Under the pieces are notes generated by a model, which saw only the letters and a program-made list of their open reading frames with translations, was not told the origin of the DNA and ran no database searches. Positions 36,269-48,200 of a stretch of DNA of 64,000 nucleotides are shown piece by piece (the stretch's first letter is position 1; the number at the start of each line of letters is the position of its first letter). This DNA is from Lingula anatina. Taxonomy: Eukaryota > Animalia > Brachiopoda. A program made the position numbers and the translations under genes. The stretch is from assembly GCA_051362555.1 (NCBI GenBank), contig CM120644.1, positions 25,566,534 through 25,630,533 of the forward strand, read 5' to 3'.

Positions 36269-39200
36269 GTAGGTATAGGACAAACTCTCTTCTGACATCT
36301 CTTATAGAGAAAGGACAGATAGCACAAGGTAGGTATAGGACAAACTCTCTTCCTGACCCCCCTCATAGAGAAAGGCCAGATAGCACAATGTAGGTATAGG
36401 ACAAACTCTCTTCCTGACATCTCTCATAGAGAAAGGACAGATAGCACAAGGTAGGTATAGGACAAACTCTCTTCCTGACATCTCTTATAGAGAAAGGACA
36501 GATAGCACAAGGTAGGTATAGGACAAACTCTCTTCCTGACATCTCTCATAGAGAAAGAACAGATAGCACAAGGTAGGTATAGGACAAACTCTCTTCTGAC
36601 ATCTCTCATAGAGAAAGGACAGATAGCACAAGGTAGGTATAGGACAAACTCTCTTCCTGACATCTCTCATAGAGAAAGGCCAGATAGCACAAGGTAGGTA
36701 TAGGACAAACTCTCTTCTGACATCTCTCATAAAGAAAGGACAGATAGCACAAGGTAGGTATAGGACAAACTCTCTTCCTGACATCTCTCATAGAGAAAGG
36801 ACAGATAGCACAAGGTAGGTATAGGACAAACTCTCTTCCTGACATCTGTCACAGAGAAAGGACAGATAGCACAAGGTAGATATAGGACAAACTCTCTTCT
36901 GACATCTCTCATAGAGAAAGGACAGATAGCACAAGGTAGGTATAGGACAAACTCTCTTCCTGACATCTGTCATAGAGAAAGGACAGCACAAGGTAGGTAT
37001 AGGACAAACTCTCTTCTGACATCTCTCATAAAGAAAGGACAGATAGCACAAGGTAGGTATAGGACAAACTCTCTTCCTGACATCTCTCATAGAGAAAGGA
37101 CAGATAGCACAAGGTAGGTATAGGACAAACTCTCTTCCTGACATCTCTCATAGAGAAAGGACAGATAGCACAAGGTAGGTATAGGACAAACTCTCTTCCT
37201 GACATCTCTCATAGAGAAAGGACAGATAGCACAAGGTAGGTATAGGACAAACTCTCTTCCTGACATCTCTCATAGAGAAAGGACAGATAGCACAAGGTAG
37301 GTATAGGACAAACTCTCTTCCTGACATCTCTCATAGAGAAAGGACAGATAGCACAAGGTAGCCTGGTTTGTGCAGATATGAACTTATTTTGAACATATAA
37401 CTTTCAGCTGTCAAATTAGTATGTTTCATTTGTCATTTTCTTGTCTTTAGCACGTGCAGCCAGTGCAGTGGGTCCATTAGAAGGAACTTCAGTGATGAGT
37501 TTTTCTGGATTTCTTACTGTTAACAAGACTTACAACAGCAATATGTTCTTCTGGTTCTTCCCAGCTCAGGTGTGTTATCTACCAAATGTCATACCTAACA
37601 CACTGTCACACCTAACACACTGTCACACCCAACACACTGTCACACCTAATACACTATCACACCTAACACACTGTCACACCTAACACACTCACATCCAACA
37701 CACTGTCACACCTAATACACTATCACACCTAACACACTGTCACACCTAACACACTGTCACACCTAACACACTCACATCCAACACACTGTCACATCCGACA
37801 CACTGTCACATGTAATACACTGTCACACCTAACACATTGTAACATCTAACACACCGTCACATCTAACACACCGTCATACCTAACACACTGTCACACCTAA
37901 CACACTGTCACACCTAACACACTCACATCCAACACACTGTCACATCCGACACACTGTCACATGTAATACACTGTCACACCCAACACGCTTTCACAACTTT
38001 CACACTGTCACATCTAACACACTGTCACACCCAACACGCTGTCACAACTTTCACACTGTCACATGTAATACACTGTCACACCCAACACGCTTTCACAACT
38101 TTCACACTGTCACATCTAACACACAGTCACACCCAACACGCAGTCACATCCAACACACTGTCACACCCAACACCCTGTCACAACTTTCACACTGTCACAT
38201 CTAACACACTGTCACATCCAACACACTGTCACATCTAACACACTGTCACATCCAACACACTGTCACATGTAATACACTGTCACATCTAACACATTGTCAC
38301 ACCCAACACACTGTCACATCCAACACACTGTCACATCTAACACACTGTCACATCCAACACACTGTCACATGTAACACACTGTCACATCCAACACATTGTC
38401 ACACCCAACACACTGTCACACCCAACACACTGTCACAACAAACACACTGTCTTATCCAACACACTGTCACACCCAACACACTGTCACATCCAACACACTG
38501 TCACATCCAACACACTGTCACAACAAACACACTGTCACAGCTAACACGCTGTCACATCTAACACTGTCAAAGCAACCAATACACCGTCACAACATCCATA
38601 TGTCACTGCTATCATACTTCTACACCAACTTAATGTTACACAAATTTTATGTCACACACACACATCTAGCAGTTTAACCTCAGAGCCATTAAATGGCGCG
38701 TATATGGGGGGGGGGGTTAACCAGCAGATTAGTTGGCTCTTCCTTCATGTAGGGTCCACCATATTTGATCTGTGGATCAATAGGTCCTTGGATCTTGTTT
38801 TCTGAATGGCCTCTTAGAATTCACATAACTGCCTCATTTGTACATCTATCACACTGTCACTTACAAGATTTGGCAAAGCTGTTTTTTTTTATATTCCAGA
38901 ATGATGCCAGTAATGCACCAGTGTTGCTATGGTTACAAGGTGGCCCAGGAGGGACATCTTTGTTTGGGTTGTTTAATGAACATGGCCCGTTTTATTTGAC
39001 AGCTGATCTCAAATGTGAGTACTGAACATCGTTGAAAATTATTTTATACACATAGAAAATAATTACCACTAAAGGTGCATTTTAAAGCTTTCCAAGCCAG
39101 GATGTTCTTGACAAAAATAAATTTTCTTAGGTAAATGCTGCTTGTCCAGACTAACCAACCTCTAATCATCCTTTACTTACCATCACTTTGTAACATTTTT

Positions 39201-42200
39201 GGAAAAAGCAAAAGATGAAAACCAGCACTTGCGCATCGGTTTTTCAGTTACCCAGATACCCTCTTCATGTCACTGATGTTCTTGATATTGTGAGATTCTT
39301 GTGATGTGACCTGCATTATTTTCAAACTCAAGATGGCAAACTACTGAGGATGATAAGGGGAGGGTGATTTTTTTTATTTTTTTTTTGTTTGTTTGTTTGT
39401 TTTTTTTTTATTTTTATTTATTTTTATTTTTGTTTTTGTTTTTTTTGCAAAACATAAATCTGTCAATTTTTTTTTTAGTTTTAATTGCCCTCAGGTAAGT
39501 TCAACAAAAAGCAATTCATGCCCTTATATTGTTTTCAAAATTCTGGCTTGGATGTCTCTGAGAGAGAACTTCTGTTTAATCATTGACACAAAGCCTGACC
39601 AAATGGCACCATAAAGAGGCAAATGGTAGAACATAGAGCAACACCACAGATTTCTGTTACGTATTTCCCACAAGACAGTTTACACAGATATTTTCTGCTG
39701 ACTTACTCTTCCTTAATGACTGGAAACACAAAAGTGCCATAAATATAAATATATAAATATAAATATATATAAATATATAAATATATAAATATAAATATAT
39801 AAGTTGGTTTTCTTGACTTATGGATTTTATTTGTGTGGTCTAGAAGCTAGAACTACATATTGAATTATATATTTTATTCAGTTCATGTGCATTTTAAATT
39901 GATTTACATATTTGAGTACCATCAGGGTTAACTGAAATTCATTGATCTTTGTAGTGAATCCAAGAAAATTTACCTGGACTTCTAAGTTCTCCATGCTGTA
40001 CATAGACAACCCAGTAAGTAGAGATCATATAATGCTGCTCACTCTGTCATAAACATAGGTAGGTAATCAACTAGTCTTGATATTTGTGATATGTTGTGTT
40101 CTAGGTGGGATGTTAAAGAGATAGGTAGATAATCAACTAGTCTTGATATTTGTGATATGTTGTGTTCTAGGTGGGGTGTTGGAGAGATAGGTAGATAATC
40201 AACTAGTTTTGATATTTCTGATATGTTGTGTTCTAGATAGGATGTTAAAGAGATAGGTAGATAATCAACTAGTCTTGATATTTGTGATATGTTGTGTTCT
40301 AGGTGGGATGTTAAAGAGATAGGTAGATAATCAGCTAGTCTTGATATCTCTGATATGTTGTGTTCTAGGTGGGATGTTAAAGAGATAGGTAGATAATCAA
40401 CTAGTCTTGATATTTGTGATATGTTGTGTTCTAGGTGGGATGTTAAAGAGATAGGTAGATAATCAACTAGTCTTGATATTTGTGATATGTTGTGTTCTAG
40501 GTGGGATGTTAAAGAGATAGGTAGATAATCAACTAGTCTTGATATTTGTGATATGTTGTGTTCTAGGTGGGATGTTAAAGAGATAGGTAGATAATCAACT
40601 AGTCTTGATATTTGTGATATGTTGTGTTCTAGGTGGGATGTTAAAGAGATAGGTAGATAATCAACTAGTCTTGATATTTGTGATATGTTGTGTTCTAGGT
40701 GGGATGTTAAAGAGATAGGTAGATAATCAACTAGTCTTGATATTTGTGATATGTTGTGTTCTAGGTGGGGTGTTAGAGAGATAGGTAGATAATCAACTAG
40801 TTTTGATATTTCTGATATGTTGTGTTCTAGATAGGATGTTAAAGAGATAGGTAGATAATCAACTAGTCTTGATATTTGTGATATGTTGTGTTCTAGGTGG
40901 GGTGTTAGAGAGATAGGAAAATAATCAACTAGTTTTGATATTTCTGATATGTTGTGTTCTAGATAGGATGTTAAAGAGATAGGTAGATAATCAACTAGTC
41001 TTGATATTTGTGATATGTTGTGTTCTAGGTGGGATGTTAAAGAGATAGGTAGATAATCAACTAGTCTTGATATTTCTGATATGTTGTGTTCTAGGTGGGA
41101 TGTTAAAGAGATAGGTAGATAATCAACTAGTCTTGATATTTGTGATATGTTGTGTTCTAGGTGGGATGTTAAAGAGATAGGTAGATAATCAACTAGTCTT
41201 GATATTTGTGATATGTTGTGTTCTAGGTGGGATGTTAAAGAGATAGGTAGATAATCAACTAGTCTTGATATTTGTGATATGTTGTGTTCTAGGTGGGGTG
41301 TTAGAGAGATAGGTAGATAATCAACTAGTTTTGATATTTCTGATATGTTGTGTTCTAGATAGGATGTTAAAGAGATAGGTAGATAATCAACTAGTACTGA
41401 TATTTCTGATATGTTGTGTTCGAGGTGGGATGTTAAAGAGATACGTAGATAATCAACTAGTCTTGATATTTGTGATATGTTGTGTTCTAGGTGGGGTGTT
41501 AGAGAGATAGGTAGATAATCAACTAGTTTTGATATTTCTGATATGTTGTGTTCTAGATAGGATGTTAAAGAGATAGGTAGATAATCAACTAGTCTTGATA
41601 TTTGTGATATGTTGTGTTCTAGGTGGGGTGTTAGAGAGATAGGTAGATAATCAACTAGTTTTGATATTTCTGATATGTTGTGTTCTAGATAGGATGTTAA
41701 AGAGATAGGTAGATAATCAACTAGTCTTGATATTTGTGATATGTTGTGTTCTAGGTGGGATGTTAAAGAGATAGGTAGATAATCAACTAGTCTTGATATT
41801 TCTGATATGTTGTGTTCTAGGTGGGATGTTAAAGAGATAGGTAGATAATCAACTAGTCTTGATATTTGTGATATGTTGTGTTCTAGATAGGATGTTAAAG
41901 AGATAGGTAGATAATCAACTAGTCTTGATATTTGTGATATGTTGTGTTCTAGGTGGGGTGTTAGAGAGATAGGTAGATAATCAACTAGTTTTGATATTTC
42001 TGATATGTTGTGTTCTAGATAGGATGTTAAAGAGATAGGTAGATAATCAACTAGTCTTGATATTTGTGATATGTTGTGTTCTAGGTGGGATGTTAAAGAG
42101 ATAGGTAGATAATCAACTAGTCTTGATATTTCTGATATGTTGTGTTCTAGGTGGGATGTTAAAGAGATAGGTAGATAATCAACTAGTCTTGATATTTGTG

Positions 42201-45200
42201 ATATGTTGTGTTCTAGGTGGGATGTTAAAGAGATAGGTAGATAATCAACTAGTACTGATATTTGTGATATGTTGTGTTCTAGGTGGGATGTTAAAGAGAT
42301 AGGTAGATAATCAACTAGTCTTGATATTTGTGATATGTTGTGTTCTAGGTGGGGTGTTAGAGAGATAGGTAGATAATCAACTAGTCTTGATATTTGTGAT
42401 ATGTTGTGTTCTAGGTGGGATGTTAAAGAGATAGGTAGATAATCAACTAGTACTGATATTTCTGATATGTTGTGTTCGAGGTGGGATGTTAAAGAGATAC
42501 GTAGATAATCAACTAGTCTTGATATTTCTGATATGTTGTGTTCTAGGTAGGATGTTAAAGAGATAGGTAGATAATCAACTAGTTTTGATATTTCTGATAT
42601 GTTGTGTTCTAGGTAAGATGTTAAAGAGATAGGTAGATAATCAACTAGTTTTGATATTTCTGATATGTTGTGTTCTAGATAGGATGTTAAAGAGATAGGT
42701 AGATAATCAACTAGTCTTGATATTTCTGATATGTTGTGTTCTAGGTGGGGTGTTAGAGAGATAGGTAGATAATCAACTAGTTTTGATATTTCTGATATGT
42801 TGTGTTCTAGATAGGATGTTAAAGAGATAGGTAGATAATCAACTAGTACTGATATTTCTGATATGTTGTGTTCGAGGTGGGATGTTAAAGAGATACGTAG
42901 ATAATCAACTAGTCTTGATATTTCTGATATGTTGTGTTCTAGGTAGGATGTTAAAGAGATAGGTAGATAATCAACTAGTTTTGATATTTCTGATATGTTG
43001 TGTTCTAGGTAAGATGTTAAAGAGATAGGTAGATAATCAACTAGTTTTGATATTTCTGATATGTTGTGTTCTAGATAGGATGTTAAAGAGATAGGTAGAT
43101 AATCAACTAGTCTTGATATTTCTGATATGTTGTGTTCTAGGTGGGGTGTTAGAGAGATAGGTAGATAATCAACTAGTCTTGATATTTCTGATATGTTGTG
43201 TTCTAGGTGGGATGTTAAAGAGATAGGTAGATAATCAACTAGTCTTGATATTTCTGATATGTTGTGTTCTAGGTGGGATGTTAAAGAGATAGGTAGATAA
43301 TCAACTAGTCTTGATATTTCTGATATGTTGTGTTCTAGGTGGGATGTTAAAGAGATAGGTAGATAATCAACTAGTCTTGATATTTCTGATATGTTGTGTT
43401 CTAGGTGGGATGTTAAAGAGATAGGTAGATAATCAACTAGTCTTGATATCTCTGATATGTTGTGTTCTAGGTGGGATGTTAAAGAGATAGGTAGGTAATC
43501 AACTAGTCTTGATATTTCTGATATGTTGTGTTCTAGGTGGGATGTTAAAGAGATAGGTAGGTAATCAGCTAGTCTTGATATCTCTGATATGTTGTGTTCT
43601 AGGTGGGATGTTAAAGAGATAGGTAGATAATCAACTAGTCTTGATATCTCTGATATGTTGTGTTCTAGGTGGGATGTTAAAGAGATAGGTAGGTAATCAG
43701 CTAGTCTTGATATCTCTGATATGTTGTGTTCTAGGTGGGATGTTAAAGAGATAGGTAGATAATCAGCTAGTCCTGATATCTCTGATATGCTGTGTTCTAG
43801 GTGGGATGTTAAAGAGATAGGTAGATAATCAGCTAGTCCTGATATTTCTGATATGTTGTGAGAGAACAGTTTCATTAGCTCTGTATGTATAAATTCAAAT
43901 TACTGTTTTTCTTTTTATCAAGAGCTTGTAAAATATGTGGGTATTACCTCCAATATTTCTGTGACTGTCAGTCACCATCATCAGGGAGTAAATGACTAGG
44001 GTCATTTCACCTGGAATGAAAATCCAGGTCAATTGCCCCTAATTGGAGGTAATACCCACATATTTTACAAGCTCTTGATAAAAAGAAAAACAGTAATTTG
44101 AACTGATATGTTGTGTTCTAGGTAGGATGTTAAAGAGATAGGTAGGTAATCAGCTAGTCTTGATATCTCTGATATGTTGTGTTCTAGGTGGGATGTTAAA
44201 GAGATAGGTAGATAATCAGCTAGTCCTGATATTTCTGATATGTTGTGTTCTAGGTAGGATGTTAAAGAGATAGGTAGGTAATCAGCTAGTCTTGATATCT
44301 CTGATATGTTGTGTTCTAGGTGGGATGTTAAAGAGATAGGTAGGTAATCAGCTAGTCCTTATATCTCTGATATGTTGTGTTCTAGGTGGGATGTTAAAGA
44401 GATAGGTAGATAATCAGCTAGTCCTGATATTTCTGATATGTTGTGTTCTAGGTAGGATGTTAAAGAGATAGGTAGATAATCAACTAGTCTTGATATCTCT
44501 GATATGTTGTGTTCTAGGTGGGATGTTAAAGAGATAGGTAGGTAATCAACTAGTCTTGATATTTCTGATATGTTGTGTTCTAGGTGGGATGTTAAAGAGA
44601 TAGGTAGGTAATCAGCTAGTCTTGATATCTCTGATATGTTGTGTTCTAGGTGGGATGTTAAAGAGATAGGTAGATAATCAGCTAGTCCTGATATCTCTGA
44701 TATGCTGTGTTCTAGGTGGGATGTTAAAGAGATAGGTAGATAATCAGCTAGTCCTGATATTTCTGATATGTTGTGAGAGAACAGTTTCATTAGCTCTGTA
44801 TGTATAAATTCAAATTACTGTTTTTCTTTTTATCAAGAGCTTGTAAAATATGTGGGTATTACCTCCAATATTTCTGTGACTGTCAGTCACCATCATCAGG
44901 GAGTAAATGACTAGGGTCATTTCACCTGGAATGAAAATCCAGGTCAATTGCCCCTAATTGGAGGTAATACCCACATATTTTACAAGCTCTTGATAAAAAG
45001 AAAAACAGTAATTTGAACTGATATGTTGTGTTCTAGGTAGGATGTTAAAGAGATAGGTAGGTAATCAGCTAGTCTTGATATCTCTGATATGTTGTGTTCT
45101 AGGTGGGATGTTAAAGAGATAGGTAGGTAATCAGCTAGTCCTGATATTTCTGATATGTTGTGTTCTAGGTAGGATGTTAAAGAGATAGGTAGGTAATCAG

Positions 45201-48200
45201 CTAGTCTTGATATCTCTGATATGTTGTGTTCTAGGTGGGATGTTAAAGAGATAGGTAGGTAATCAGCTAGTCTTGATATCTCTGATATGTTGTGTTCTAG
45301 GTGGGATGTTAAAGAGATAGGTAGATAATCAGCTAGTCCTGATATTTCTGATATGTTGTGTTCTAGGTAGGATGTTAAAGAGATAGGTAGGTAATCAGCT
45401 AGTCTTGATATCTCTGATATGTTGTGTTCTAGGTGGGATGTTAAAGAGATAGGTAGATAATCAACTAGTCTTGATATCTCTGATATGTTGTGTTCTAGGT
45501 GGGATGTTAAAGAGATAGGTAGGTAATCAACTAGTCTTGATATTTCTGATATGTTGTGTTCTAGGTGGGATGTTAAAGAGATAGGTAGGTAATCAGCTAG
45601 TCTTGATATCTCTGATATGTTGTGTTCTAGGTGGGATGTTAAAGAGATAGGTAGATAATCAGCTAGTCCTGATATCTCTGATATGCTGTGTTCTAGGTGG
45701 GATGTTAAAGAGATAGGTAGATAATCAACTAGTCTTGATATTTCTGATATGTTGTGTTCTAGGTGGGATGTTAAAGAGATAGGTAGATAATCAACTAGTC
45801 TTGATATTTCTGATATGTTGTGTTCTAGGTGGGATGTTAAAGAGATAGGTAGATAATCAACTAGTCTTGATATTTCTGATATGTTGTGTTCTAGGTGGGA
45901 TGTTAAAGAGATAGGTAGATAATCAACTAGTCTTGATATCTCTGATATGTTGTGTTCTAGGTGGGATGTTAAAGAGATAGGTAGGTAATCAACTAGTCTT
46001 GATATTTCTGATATGTTGTGTTCTAGGTGGGATGTTAAAGAGATAGGTAGGTAATCAGCTAGTCTTGATATCTCTGATATGTTGTGTTCTAGGTGGGATG
46101 TTAAAGAGATAGGTAGATAATCAACTAGTCTTGATATCTCTGATATGTTGTGTTCTAGGTGGGATGTTAAAGAGATAGGTAGGTAATCAGCTAGTCTTGA
46201 TATCTCTGATATGTTGTGTTCTAGGTGGGATGTTAAAGAGATAGGTAGATAATCAGCTAGTCCTGATATCTCTGATATGCTGTGTTCTAGGTGGGATGTT
46301 AAAGAGATAGGTAGATAATCAGCTAGTCCTGATATTTCTGATATGTTGTGAGAGAACAGTTTCATTAGCTCTGTATGTATAAATTCAAATTACTGTTTTT
46401 CTTTTTATCAAGAGCTTGTAAAATATGTGGGTATTACCTCCAATATTTCTGTGACTGTCAGTCACCATCATCAGGGAGTAAATGACTAGGGTCATTTCAC
46501 CTGGAATGAAAATCCAGGTCAATTGCCCCTAATTGGAGGTAATACCCACATATTTTACAAGCTCTTGATAAAAAGAAAAACAGTAATTTGAACTGATATG
46601 TTGTGTTCTAGGTAGGATGTTAAAGAGATAGGTAGGTAATCAGCTAGTCTTGATATCTCTGATATGTTGTGTTCTAGGTGGGATGTTAAAGAGATAGGTA
46701 GATAATCAGCTAGTCCTGATATTTCTGATATGTTGTGTTCTAGGTAGGATGTTAAAGAGATAGGTAGGTAATCAGCTAGTCTTGATATCTCTGATATGTT
46801 GTGTTCTAGGTGGGATGTTAAAGAGATAGGTAGGTAATCAGCTAGTCTTGATATCTCTGATATGTTGTGTTCTAGGTGGGATGTTAAAGAGATAGGTAGA
46901 TAATCAGCTAGTCCTGATATTTCTGATATGTTGTGTTCTAGGTAGGATGTTAAAGAGATAGGTAGATAATCAACTAGTCTTGATATCTCTGATATGTTGT
47001 GTTCTAGGTGGGATGTTAAAGAGATAGGTAGGTAATCAACTAGTCTTGATATTTCTGATATGTTGTGTTCTAGGTGGGATGTTAAAGAGATAGGTAGGTA
47101 ATCAGCTAGTCTTGATATCTCTGATATGTTGTGTTCTAGGTGGGATGTTAAAGAGATAGGTAGATAATCAGCTAGTCCTGATATCTCTGATATGCTGTGT
47201 TCTAGGTGGGATGTTAAAGAGATAGGTAGATAATCAGCTAGTCCTGATATTTCTGATATGTTGTGAGAGAACAGTTTCATTAGCTCTGTATGTATAAATT
47301 CAAATTACTGTTTTTCTTTTTATCAAGAGCTTGTAAAATATGTGGGTATTACCTCCAATATTTCTGTGACTGTCAGTCACCATCATCAGGGAGTAAATGA
47401 CTAGGGTCATTTCACCTGGAATGAAAATCCAGGTCAATTGCCCCTAATTGGAGGTAATACCCACATATTTTACAAGCTCTTGATAAAAAGAAAAACAGTA
47501 ATTTGAACTGATATGTTGTGTTCTAGGTAGGATGTTAAAGAGATAGGTAGGTAATCAGCTAGTCTTGATATCTCTGATATGTTGTGTTCTAGGTGGGATG
47601 TTAAAGAGATAGGTAGGTAATCAGCTAGTCCTGATATTTCTGATATGTTGTGTTCTAGGTAGGATGTTAAAGAGATAGGTAGGTAATCAGCTAGTCTTGA
47701 TATCTCTGATATGTTGTGTTCTAGGTGGGATGTTAAAGAGATAGGTAGGTAATCAGCTAGTCTTGATATCTCTGATATGTTGTGTTCTAGGTGGGATGTT
47801 AAAGAGATAGGTAGATAATCAGCTAGTCCTGATATTTCTGATATGTTGTGTTCTAGGTAGGATGTTAAAGAGATAGGTAGGTAATCAGCTAGTCTTGATA
47901 TCTCTGATATGTTGTGTTCTAGGTGGGATGTTAAAGAGATAGGTAGATAATCAACTAGTCTTGATATCTCTGATATGTTGTGTTCTAGGTGGGATGTTAA
48001 AGAGATAGGTAGGTAATCAACTAGTCTTGATATTTCTGATATGTTGTGTTCTAGGTGGGATGTTAAAGAGATAGGTAGGTAATCAGCTAGTCTTGATATC
48101 TCTGATATGTTGTGTTCTAGGTAGGATGTTAAAGAGATAGGTAGGTAATCAGCTAGTCTTGATATCTCTGATATGTTGTGTTCTAGGTGGGATGTTAAAG

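Noticed and set aside
40039-47280. Minus-strand ORFs of 1278, 143, 461 and 241 aa as genes
   Set aside because: Pure translations of the 66-bp intronic array; variants are largely non-synonymous and one copy has a stop (44359).
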